A stretch of DNA of 64,000 nt from Chloroflexota bacterium (GTDB taxonomy: Bacteria > Chloroflexota > Limnocylindria > Limnocylindrales > CSP1-4), in contig DAOTXE010000054.1 in the NCBI GenBank assembly GCA_034435355.1, forward strand, positions 8,135 to 72,134, written 5' to 3'. Below the pieces are notes generated by a model. That model ran no database searches. It saw nothing but the letters and a program-made list of their open reading frames with translations, and was not told where the DNA came from. Below are positions 1 to 8,021 of this stretch, piece by piece; positions within the stretch are counted from its first letter, which is position 1, and every line of letters starts with the position of its first letter. The position numbers and the translations under genes are program-made.

Positions 1-1
1 G

Positions 2-409
2 AGCGACCGACCCGGAGAGCGCGTCCCGGTGGACCCGTGGGCCGCTCGTGATGCGTACGTCGACGTTGTGATCGGGGCCGTGGGGCCGTCCGCCTTCGCA
101 GCCGCCCAGCTCGCGCCGCGCGCCCGCGGCGCGGCGTCACAGCGCCTGCTCGAGCTGCTGGAGGCGCAGCGCTGGCGGCTCGCGATGTTCGCGTCCGACG
201 GCTGGTACTGGGACGACCCGGCCCGCCCCGAGACGCGGCACGTCCTCCGTTGCGCGGCCCTGGCCGCCCGGACGGTCGACCGGCTGGCCGGCACGCACCT
301 CGAGCGCCGGCTCGAGGAAGATCTCGCCCTCTTCGTCTCGCCGTCACGCGGCGTCGACGGCCATGGCCTCTACCGCGAGGCGCTCGCAGAGGTCGGCCGG
401 CCGGGTTGA
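2..409 (+). CDS. C-terminal fragment of a GH57-type glycoside hydrolase (DUF3536-like tail); the 5' end is outside the window
   Basis: The frame of track ORF 29..409 stays open to the window edge. AMFASDGWYWDDPARPET resembles the SCGWFFDD-type signature I recall from the domain that follows GH57 catalytic domains. Confidence 0.55.
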   Translation, partial: SDRPGERVPVDPWAARDAYVDVVIGAVGPSAFAAAQLAPRARGAASQRLLELLEAQRWRLAMFASDGWYWDDPARPETRHVLRCAALAARTVDRLAGTHLERRLEEDLALFVSPSRGVDGHGLYREALAEVGRPG

Positions 410-514
410 CAGGCCGGGAATCGATTGGCCGCCGGCCAGGGCCGGCGGCCAATCCTGCTCGGTTTGGCGAAGAGGGGGAGGGTGGGAGCCTCGCCGAGCG
501 GAGACGCGCGAAGG

Positions 515-646
515 TCAGTACGCGCCGTGCATCGGCGCGTGCGAGTCGTCGATATCGAAGCGCGAGTCCGCGCCCACTTCCGCCGAGGTCGCGTCGAGGA
601 CGGCAAGGCCGACAAGGACGGCTAGGATGATGAGCAGGATTTCCAT
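515..646 (-). CDS. Possible 43-aa small hydrophobic protein (MEILLIILAVLVGLAVLDATSAEVGADSRFDIDDSHAPMHGAY)
   Basis: Hand-translated ATG..TGA ORF below the track length cutoff. It has one clear N-terminal TM segment and mostly G/C third positions. Only a weak GAGG lies about 11 nt upstream. Confidence 0.25.
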   Translation of the reverse strand: MEILLIILAVLVGLAVLDATSAEVGADSRFDIDDSHAPMHGAY

Positions 647-686
647 CCGGATTCGAGCCTCGTGACGCGGCCGGGCGGCCGCGGAT

Positions 687-726
687 TGATATAGTGAACT
701 AAGACATGTGCAGCATAGTTGGACTA
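687..726 (+). promoter_or_regulatory. Candidate extended -10 promoter (TGaTATAGT, 687-695) with two GntR-type inverted repeats: TAGTgaACTA (692-701) and TAGTtggACTA (716-726)
   Basis: This is a low-GC island directly upstream of the GntR gene. Both repeats fit the GT-N-AC core reported for GntR-family operators, and the first overlaps the -10. Confidence 0.4.
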
Positions 727-733
727 TCGAGCT

Positions 734-1858
734 ATGTCAATGGGTGATCCGTCCGGGGGCCAGAGCCGGCCCAGGTGGCGTGACGATCCTGCGATCGGGC
801 GCTCGGTTCGATCCAGAGCGGAGCCCACGGCTCTGCGCTCCGCGAAGGCCGTCGCGGCGACGGGAGGTGCTTTCGATATCGCGCGGGATTCCGACGTCCC
901 GATCTCCACGCAGCTCTACTGGCAGCTGGCGTACCAGATCGACACGGGCCGGCTGCTGCCTGGCGCGCGACTCCCCACGGTCCGCGAGCTCGGCGCGATC
1001 CTCCACGTCAACCCGAACACCGTCCGGTCCGTCTACAAGCGACTCGCCGAGGCGGGCTACGTCGTGTCGCGCCAGGGGGCGGGCACCCGGGTCACCGCCC
1101 GCGCGCTCCAGCGCCGCACCTCGGGGACGCTGGAGGGGCTGGTGGCGGAGCTGCTCCGGACGGCCGCGCGGGCCGGCTATTCGGCCGACGAGGTGGCCTC
1201 GGCCGTCTATTCGGTCGCGGCCGAGCGCAAGCGGCCCGGGCCGCGCGTCGAGATCCTGTTCGTGGAGTGCACGACTGCCGACGCGCAGCGCGCGGCGGAG
1301 CAGATCGCGGAATCGCTCGGAGGCCTTGCCGACGCTGACGGCGTCCTGATCGACCTCGTCAACGAACGCCTGGGGCGCTTCCACTACGACCTCGTCGCGA
1401 CGTCCACGTTCCATGCCGACGAGACCATCGCCATCGTGGATGGGCGAGCGCCGGTCATCGCGATGCTCGCTGCCCCGTCGTACGCGGAGCTGCTCGACGA
1501 GGTGGGGGCACTGCCGCCGGGCAGCACGGTCGGGCTCGTCTGCGCCACCGAGCGCAGCACGCAGAACATCGCCCAGTGGCTGCGCGAGTCGGGCGGCGAG
1601 GGCGTGCAGCTGCTCACTGCCCTCCAGCGCGACGAGGCGGCCCTGCACGAGGCCGACCGGACGGCCGACCTTCTCCTGCTGACCCGCGAGGCGCTGGAGA
1701 TCGGGCTGGCGGCCCGTTTCGGGCGCCAGGAGCGCATCCGCGAGTGGACCTACGACCTGGACCCGGCGGGCCTGGAACTGCTCCGGCGAGCGGTCGATCG
1801 AATCCGGGCCGCCCGTGGTCCCGACGCCGCGGCGGGCGGAGGCGGCGGGCGGCCCTGA
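734..1858 (+). CDS. GntR-family transcriptional regulator with a C-terminal effector domain
   Basis: Winged-helix signature LPTVRELGAILHVNPNTVRSVYKRLAEAGYVVSRQGAGTRV. The start is uncertain: the track ORF begins at TTG 719, and ATG 734 and 740 are alternatives. The stop overlaps the next start (ATGA-type, 1856-1860). Confidence 0.8.
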   Translation: MSMGDPSGGQSRPRWRDDPAIGRSVRSRAEPTALRSAKAVAATGGAFDIARDSDVPISTQLYWQLAYQIDTGRLLPGARLPTVRELGAILHVNPNTVRSVYKRLAEAGYVVSRQGAGTRVTARALQRRTSGTLEGLVAELLRTAARAGYSADEVASAVYSVAAERKRPGPRVEILFVECTTADAQRAAEQIAESLGGLADADGVLIDLVNERLGRFHYDLVATSTFHADETIAIVDGRAPVIAMLAAPSYAELLDEVGALPPGSTVGLVCATERSTQNIAQWLRESGGEGVQLLTALQRDEAALHEADRTADLLLLTREALEIGLAARFGRQERIREWTYDLDPAGLELLRRAVDRIRAARGPDAAAGGGGGRP

Positions 1859-2463
1859 TGGTCGAGCCTGCCGACTGGGGTCGCAGCCCGACACTCTCAG
1901 GGGGGCGAACCCGGCTCGAGCCGCTCGACGAGCGCCACCTGCCCGGCCTGCACGCCGCCGCGGCCGATCCCGCGACATGGACGTGGATGTCCGCATGGCT
2001 CACCGACGAGGCCGCGCTGCGGGCCTGGCTCACGGAGGCCCTGCGGGCCCGGGACGCCGGCACGGAGCTCCCCTTCGCGATCATCGATCTTGCCGGTCCG
2101 CGTGTCGTCGGGAGCACGCGCTACATGGCGATCGCACCGGCGCACCGGCGGCTCGAGATCGGCTGGACCTGGCTGACCCCCGAGCGGTGGGGAACCGGCA
2201 TCAACGTGGAGGCGAAGCTGCTCCTCCTGGCCCACGCGTTCGAAACGCTCGGCGCGATGCGGGTGGAGCTCAAGACCGACGTCCGCAACGAGCGGTCCCG
2301 GGCTGCGATCCTCGCGCTCGGCGCCCGGTTCGAGGGCATCTTCCGCAAGCACATGCGGATGCCCGACGGCCGCATCCGTGACTCGGCCTGGTACGCGATC
2401 ACCGATGAGGAGTGGCCGGCGGTGCGGTCCCGCCTCCGGGCCCGGCTCGAGGCGCTGCGATGA
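1858..2463 (+). CDS. GNAT-family N-acetyltransferase (RimJ/RimL-like)
   Basis: Internal ATG of track ORF 1576..2463. Typical GNAT core: RRLEIGWTWLTPERWGTGINVEAKLLLLAHAFETLGAMRVELKTDVRNERSRAAILALGARFEG. Confidence 0.8.
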   Translation: MVEPADWGRSPTLSGGRTRLEPLDERHLPGLHAAAADPATWTWMSAWLTDEAALRAWLTEALRARDAGTELPFAIIDLAGPRVVGSTRYMAIAPAHRRLEIGWTWLTPERWGTGINVEAKLLLLAHAFETLGAMRVELKTDVRNERSRAAILALGARFEGIFRKHMRMPDGRIRDSAWYAITDEEWPAVRSRLRARLEALR

Positions 2464-3515
2464 GCGATCGCCGGCCCGAGGGTCGCTCGCCGGCCGGCCT
2501 GCCGGAGGTCACGACGGTGGACTACCACACCGGCGGCGAGCCGTTCCGGATCGTGACCGGGGGCGTCCCGGGGATTCCCGGAGCCACAATCCTGGAGAAG
2601 CGGCGCTGGGCCGCCGCCAACCTGGATCACGTTCGCCGGCTGCTCGTCAACGAGCCACGCGGCCACGCCGACATGTACGGCTGCTTCGTCGTCGATCCGG
2701 ACGACCGGGGCGCCGACCTCGGGGTCCTGTTCTTCCACAACGAGGGCTACTCGACTGCCTGCGGCCACGGGACGATCGCACTGGTCACCTGGGCGCTCGA
2801 GAGCGGCCGCCTGCCGATGACCGGGCCGGAGACGCCGGTCCGCGTGGACGTCCCGTCGGGTCGCCTGGCCTGCGTGGCGCGCTGCGACGTCGGGTCGGGC
2901 CGCGTGCCCGGCGTCCGGTTCCGGAACGTGCCCTCCTTCGTCCTCGCAAGCGCGGTCCCGGTCGGCACCACCGCCGGGCACGTTCGCGTCGACGTGGCCT
3001 ACGGCGGCGCGTTCTACGGGAGCGTGGACGTCCGCTCGGTCGGCCTCGCCGTCGACGCGGCGAGCCTGCCACGCCTCATCGCGCTGCAGCGCGAGCTTCG
3101 ACCCGCGCTCGACGCCGCCCTCGAGGTGGCGCATCCCGAGGAGCCCGAGTTGCGCGGCATCTACGGGATCACGTGGTGGCAGGAGGAGCCGAACGAAGCC
3201 GGCGATCGTTCGGCATTGACCCAGCGCAACGTGACGGTCTTCGCAGACGGCGAGGTGGATCGGTCGCCGTGCGGAAGCGGCACGTCCGCCCGCCTCGCGA
3301 TCCTCCATGCGCGCGGCCGGCTCCGGGCCGGCGACGAGCTCCGCCACCTGGGCATCGTCGGATCATCGTTCGTGGGTCGGATCGTCGGGACGACGGCGGT
3401 GGCCGGCCGGCCGGCCGTTATCACGGAGGTGGAGGGGAGCGCCCACCGCACCGGTCGTCATGCGTTCTCGCTCGATCCGGACGACCCTGTCGGGACGGGC
3501 TTCCTGCTCCGCTGA
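2460..3515 (+). CDS. Proline racemase family enzyme, Cys/Cys type (4-hydroxyproline 2-epimerase or proline racemase)
   Basis: TVDYHTGGEPFRIV. Both catalytic-Cys contexts are present (STACGHGT and DRSPCGSGTSA). ATG 2460 overlaps the GNAT stop (ATGA). Confidence 0.85.
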   Translation: MSDRRPEGRSPAGLPEVTTVDYHTGGEPFRIVTGGVPGIPGATILEKRRWAAANLDHVRRLLVNEPRGHADMYGCFVVDPDDRGADLGVLFFHNEGYSTACGHGTIALVTWALESGRLPMTGPETPVRVDVPSGRLACVARCDVGSGRVPGVRFRNVPSFVLASAVPVGTTAGHVRVDVAYGGAFYGSVDVRSVGLAVDAASLPRLIALQRELRPALDAALEVAHPEEPELRGIYGITWWQEEPNEAGDRSALTQRNVTVFADGEVDRSPCGSGTSARLAILHARGRLRAGDELRHLGIVGSSFVGRIVGTTAVAGRPAVITEVEGSAHRTGRHAFSLDPDDPVGTGFLLR

Positions 3516-3641
3516 CCCCGGCCGCCCGTCGAGCAGGCAGCGGGTCGCGCTCGCCGGGGACTGGACGCGGCATGGGATGATCGTGCGACGGTCGCCGGGC
3601 GCGACGCCGGCAGGATCCGCAGGCGACCGGGAGGGAGCAAC

Positions 3642-4052
3642 GTGAAGGGGTTCGTGGCCAGCATCATCGCGACCGGCATCGCCCTGTGGGTCGCGGCCCG
3701 GTTCGTCGGCGGGATCGCCATCCCGTCGTCGTCCTTCGACCGGATCCCCCACGACCTGGTGACCTTTGGCACCGTGGCACTCGTCTTTGGCGTCGCGAAC
3801 GGGCTGGTCAAGCCGGTCGTGAAGATCCTCTCGCTGCCAGTCACGCTGCTCACCCTGGGGGTGGCGGGGATCGTGCTCAACGCCGCCCTCTTCCTCGCGG
3901 CGGCCTGGGTATCGGACCAGCTGGGCGGCAGCATCCGCGTCGGCGACTTCCCGCCGCACCTGCTCACCGAGGCGACGCTCGTGGCCGCCTTCATCGGCTC
4001 GATCGTGGTGGGGGTCGTCTCGGCTGCCGCGCGCATGGTCATCCCGGACTGA
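3642..4052 (+). CDS. DUF360 / phage-holin-superfamily-IV-like 4-TM membrane protein
   Basis: GTG start, four hydrophobic segments. GVANGLVKPVVKILSLPVTLLTLGVAGIVLNAALF matches my recollection of the DUF360 core. Confidence 0.65.
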   Translation: MKGFVASIIATGIALWVAARFVGGIAIPSSSFDRIPHDLVTFGTVALVFGVANGLVKPVVKILSLPVTLLTLGVAGIVLNAALFLAAAWVSDQLGGSIRVGDFPPHLLTEATLVAAFIGSIVVGVVSAAARMVIPD

Positions 4053-4056
4053 CGGC

Positions 4057-5565
4057 GTGCCACCCGAGGCGCCGGGCGAGAATCGCGAGCCCGACGACCG
4101 GCTGGGGCTCCTGGCGCCAACGCTGCGGGAGATCGCCCGGCGCTACGGGACGCCGGTCTACGTCACGGACATCGGCGCCCTCGAAGCTGCGGCAGCCGCG
4201 TTCGCCGCCGCGTTCGCCGCGCCGTGGGAACGGCGCTACTCGCTGAAGGCCAACGATCTCCCCGCGCTGGTGGCGCGGCTCGGACGGCTCGGGTTCGGTG
4301 CGAACGTGGTCTCCCGCGGTGAGTGGGCGCTCGCGACGCGGGCCGGCATCCCCAACGCCGACATCACGCTCGAGGGGATCGGCAAGACGGACGCCGACCT
4401 GCGGGCCGCGGCACTGGCCACCGCCAGGGGCGTGCCGCTCCGCTGGGTCGTGCTCGAGTCGGCGGACGAGGCAGCCGCCCTGGCGCGGGCGGCCAGCGCG
4501 GCTGATCCCCGGCTCCGCCTGGACGTCCTGCTCCGGCTCAACCCCGAGGTGGAGCCGGAGACACACCGAGGCCTCGCGACGGGGGCGGCCGGTTCGAAGT
4601 TCGGGCTCACCGCCGACGAGGTGGCGGCCGCGATCGAGGCCGGTGGCGGCCCGGGTGGGCCGCTCCGTTTCCGCGGCCTGCACCTCCACGCCGGGTCGCA
4701 GCTCGCGACCACCGATGCCTGGCGGGACGCCGTGCGGCGGGCACTCGCCCTGCTGGCCCTGCTCCGCGGGGGGCTGCCCACCTTCGACACGCTCGACATC
4801 GGGGGCGGCTTCCCCGTCGCACCGCTCGGCGTACCTGCACCGGACCCCGCCAGGTTCGCGCGCGAGATCCCGCCGCTCATGGAGGCGATCCCCGCGGACC
4901 GGCGGCCGGAACGCCTCGCGGTCGAGCCCGGTCGCTTCCTGGTGGCGCGAGCCGGCTGGATCGTTGCCCGGGTCCTCCACGTCCGCGAGAGGTTCGGGCC
5001 GCCCGCCGCCCTGCCCGAGCTGGAGCGCTCGGGGCCGCTCGGCCTGGCCGTTCTCCCGCTCGGTGCACGGGCCGACGACCGCGTCGAGCGCCTGGTCGTG
5101 ATCGACGCGGGCATGACCGAGCTGCTCCGGCCAGCACTTTACGGGGCCGATCATGCGGTCGTCGCGCTCACCACGGGCGGGCGCGCCCTCGAGGCGGCCC
5201 GCGACGTGTCCGCGCCGCGCACCTCCGCCGCGTGGAGCGCCGCCACCGCGGATCGCCGCGCGATCCGGGCAGCGCGCGAGGCCGCGGCCGGGCGTTCGCC
5301 GCGGCGTGACGAAGCCGGCGCCGAGACGGGCTGGCCGCTCGCCCGGGTCGACGGTCCGATCTGCGAGTCGACCGACACGCTCGGCGAGCACCGCCTCCCC
5401 CCGCTCTCGCGCGGCGATCTCGTCGCGATCCGCGATACGGGCGCGTACGGCGCGTCGATGCGATCCGCATACAACGGCCGCCCTCGACCGCCCGAGATCT
5501 TCGTCGAGATCGATGGCTCGCGCACGCTTGCACTGCGGCGCGGGACGCTCCGCTCCCTCGGCTGA
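4057..5565 (+). CDS. lysA: Diaminopimelate decarboxylase-like type III PLP decarboxylase (Orn/DAP/Arg family) with internal insertions
   Basis: YSLKAN (PLP lysine context), DIGGGF, VEPGR, GPICESTD, DTGAYGASMRSAYNGRPRP. At 502 aa it is longer than typical LysA. Confidence 0.75.
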   Translation: MPPEAPGENREPDDRLGLLAPTLREIARRYGTPVYVTDIGALEAAAAAFAAAFAAPWERRYSLKANDLPALVARLGRLGFGANVVSRGEWALATRAGIPNADITLEGIGKTDADLRAAALATARGVPLRWVVLESADEAAALARAASAADPRLRLDVLLRLNPEVEPETHRGLATGAAGSKFGLTADEVAAAIEAGGGPGGPLRFRGLHLHAGSQLATTDAWRDAVRRALALLALLRGGLPTFDTLDIGGGFPVAPLGVPAPDPARFAREIPPLMEAIPADRRPERLAVEPGRFLVARAGWIVARVLHVRERFGPPAALPELERSGPLGLAVLPLGARADDRVERLVVIDAGMTELLRPALYGADHAVVALTTGGRALEAARDVSAPRTSAAWSAATADRRAIRAAREAAAGRSPRRDEAGAETGWPLARVDGPICESTDTLGEHRLPPLSRGDLVAIRDTGAYGASMRSAYNGRPRPPEIFVEIDGSRTLALRRGTLRSLG

Positions 5566-5631
5566 CGACAGCTCCTTCGGCGCTCGGCCCCACCGGAGGG
5601 CCCGACCCGAGACGCACGGTACGATGAACGC

Positions 5632-7659
5632 ATGAGCGGCACCAGCGGCCAGGGACCCGTGCGCACGTCGGAGCGCGAGCGCTTCCGGGTGCGCCTCGCC
5701 GCCCGGCCGCTCGTGGCCGACGGCGCCACCGGCACCCTGCTCTTCTCGCGCGGAATCCCCCAGCGGGCCTGCCTCGACGAGCTCGTCCTGTCGCGGCCGG
5801 ACCTCGTCGGCACGATCCACCGCGAGTACCTCGACGCCGGCGCGGACATCGTGGAGACGGCGACCTTCGGGGCGAACCGCGTCCGGCTGAGCGGTTGGGG
5901 GCTCGGCGATCTCGCCGGCCGGCTGAACCGGCGCGCAGCCCAGCTCGCGCGCGAGGCGCGCGATGTCGCCGGCCGGGATGCCCTCGTGGCCGGGTCGATC
6001 GGGCCGCTCGGGCGCCCGGCCCATGGCGACCTCGAGGTCGGCGACGCGGCTGCGCGGGCCGCGTTTCGCGAGCAGATCGACGGGCTTCTCGAGGGCGGGG
6101 TCGACCTCCTGGTCCTCGAGACGTTCCACGACCTCGAGCAGCTTCTCCTGGCAGTCGCCGAGGTCCGGGCCGCGACCGGCCTCCCGGTCATCGCCTCGAT
6201 GACGTTCGGCGAGGAGCTCGGTCTCGCCGACGGCCGCACCCCGGAGGCCGCAGCGGACGCGCTGGCCGGTGCCGGCATCGACGTGCTGGGGGTCAACTGT
6301 GGCGTCGGCCCCAGCGCCTCGCTCGACGCCCTCGGCCGGATCGACCCGCGACGCCGCGGGCTGCCCGGCTCGTTCATGCCCAACGCGGGGCTTCCCAAGC
6401 GGATCGAGGGGCAGTTCGTCTACGCCGCGGACTCGGCCTGGTTCGGCGAGGTCGTGCCGCTCGCGCTGGCGGCCGGCGCCCGGATCGTGGGCGGCTGCTG
6501 CGGGACGACGCCGGCCCACGTCGCCGCGATGCGCGCTGCCGTCGACCGGTCGATCGCAGGATCCGGTGAGCACGGGGAGCCGAGCGGAGACGCGTCACGA
6601 CCGGTGGCCGCCACGGCGGGACCGCGTGCCGTGCTCGTCGAAACGCCTCGCGCGGCACCGCCGCAGCGGGCGGAGTCATCTCCGTCGGATCCCCCCGCCC
6701 CGACCGATCTCCTCCGCAGGCTTCGCGACGGGCGCTACGTCGTCTCGGTGGAGATCGACCCACCCCGTTCGATCCGGATCGAGCGAACCGTGGAGGCGGC
6801 ACGCCTGCTCGCGGCGGCCGGTGCCGACTGCGTGAACGTCAGCGACTCCGCCATGGCGCGGGTTCGCATGGGCGCCCTGGCCGTGGCCTTCGGGATCCAG
6901 CACGACCTGGGCCTTGAATGCGTCGTCCACCTCACGACGCGCGACCGCAACCTGATGGCCCTCGAATCGGAGCTGCTCGGGGCGCACGCCCTCGGCGTCC
7001 GGAACATCCTCGCCCTGACGGGCGACCCGCCGCGCGTCGGCGACTACCCGACCGGGACCGGCGTCTGGGACGTGGACTCGATCGGTCTCGTGCGGATCCT
7101 CGCGCGCCTCAACCGCGGAGAGGACGAGGCGGGGGCGCCGATCGGCGGCCCGGCCGGCTTCACGATCGCCTGCGCGCTCGACCCGACCGCGGAGGACGCC
7201 GCCCGCGAGTGGGACCGGCTGGCCCAGAAGCTCGACGCGGGCGCGCAGCTCGTGATGACACAGCCGCTGTTCGACACGGCACAGGCGGAGGCGATGCTCG
7301 CCGAGGCGCGGCGACGGTTCGGGCCGGGCGGCTTCCCGGTGCCGCTCCTGCTTGGCGTCCTGCCGCTCCAGTCGAGCCGCCACGCCGAGTTCCTGCACCA
7401 CGAGGTGCCGGGGATCACGATCCCCGACGCAACGCGCGAGGCCTTGCGGGCGGCGGGCGAGTCCGCAGCCGAGGTCGGCCTCGAGACAGCGCTCGGCCTG
7501 CTCCGCGACGTCGGGACCGCCGTCGCCGGCACCTACCTGATGCCGTCGTTCGGACGGTACGAGCAGGCCGCCGAGCTGGTGCGCCGCCTGCGCGCGGAGA
7601 TGGCGCCCGCGGCCAGCCCGGCGCCGCCTTCCGCTCCACCGCCTGCCACGCTCGGCTAG
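5632..7659 (+). CDS. Bifunctional homocysteine S-methyltransferase / 5,10-methylenetetrahydrofolate reductase (YitJ-like fusion)
   Basis: N-terminal Hcy-binding domain (GADIVETATFGAN, GGCCGTTPAH zinc-Cys pair). C-terminal MetF-like half (YVVSVEIDPPRS, NILALTGDPP). Confidence 0.85.
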   Translation: MSGTSGQGPVRTSERERFRVRLAARPLVADGATGTLLFSRGIPQRACLDELVLSRPDLVGTIHREYLDAGADIVETATFGANRVRLSGWGLGDLAGRLNRRAAQLAREARDVAGRDALVAGSIGPLGRPAHGDLEVGDAAARAAFREQIDGLLEGGVDLLVLETFHDLEQLLLAVAEVRAATGLPVIASMTFGEELGLADGRTPEAAADALAGAGIDVLGVNCGVGPSASLDALGRIDPRRRGLPGSFMPNAGLPKRIEGQFVYAADSAWFGEVVPLALAAGARIVGGCCGTTPAHVAAMRAAVDRSIAGSGEHGEPSGDASRPVAATAGPRAVLVETPRAAPPQRAESSPSDPPAPTDLLRRLRDGRYVVSVEIDPPRSIRIERTVEAARLLAAAGADCVNVSDSAMARVRMGALAVAFGIQHDLGLECVVHLTTRDRNLMALESELLGAHALGVRNILALTGDPPRVGDYPTGTGVWDVDSIGLVRILARLNRGEDEAGAPIGGPAGFTIACALDPTAEDAAREWDRLAQKLDAGAQLVMTQPLFDTAQAEAMLAEARRRFGPGGFPVPLLLGVLPLQSSRHAEFLHHEVPGITIPDATREALRAAGESAAEVGLETALGLLRDVGTAVAGTYLMPSFGRYEQAAELVRRLRAEMAPAASPAPPSAPPPATLG

Positions 7660-7668
7660 ACTCAAGCG

Positions 7669-8001
7669 ATGGGAGCCACGGACACGATGGAGCTGTTCTT
7701 CGAGCAGCTGAACGGCGGACAGCGCGAGAGTGCGGTCGCCCTGATGGACGAGCGGATCGAGATGCGGATCCACGTCGGCGACAACGCCCGGACCCTGCGT
7801 GGCCTCGACCAGGTCAGCGGCTGGTTCCTGCGCGCGGATGCCGGCCTCAAGATGATCCCGGGCGCCGTCCAGGACATGGGCAACACCTACCAGGCGGACC
7901 TGCTGGTCGTGCGACCGGGAGTCGAGTCGCAGCATCTCGACGCCGCCTTCCGCGTCGAGGCGGGCAAGATCACCTCGATCAACCTCGCGCCGCGCCGCTG
8001 A
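7669..8001 (+). CDS. Small SnoaL/NTF2-like protein (tentative)
   Basis: 110 aa, coding-like composition, size and alternating pattern compatible with the NTF2 fold. I recognised no diagnostic motif. Confidence 0.45.
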   Translation: MGATDTMELFFEQLNGGQRESAVALMDERIEMRIHVGDNARTLRGLDQVSGWFLRADAGLKMIPGAVQDMGNTYQADLLVVRPGVESQHLDAAFRVEAGKITSINLAPRR

Positions 8002-8021
8002 CCGCTGACTCGGCCCGGGGG

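Noticed and set aside
3544-3559. 16-nt exact match GTCGCGCTCGCCGGGG shared with 27558..27573 (inside the 30-bp tandem repeat).
   Set aside because: At this base composition, a rough estimate gives on the order of ten chance 16-mer matches within 64 kb. The flanking sequence does not extend the similarity.
5566-5631. Expected SAM riboswitch upstream of the YitJ-like homocysteine methyltransferase/MTHFR gene (as in Bacillus).
   Set aside because: Only 66 nt are available. I can draw one simple hairpin (about 5588-5609), which is more consistent with a lysA terminator. No SAM-I, SAM-II or SAM-IV features are recognisable.
4039-6573. Very long ORFs antisense to or out of frame with real genes. 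Examples: 4039..6573-, 6676..8883-, 6918..9473+, 38376..41210-, 43285..45699+, 54079..56901-, 60926..62836+.
   Set aside because: Their translations are Arg/Pro/Gly/Ala-rich low-complexity strings with no recognisable motifs. Each overlaps a gene with clear family signatures. Stop-poor alternative frames are expected at this GC content.
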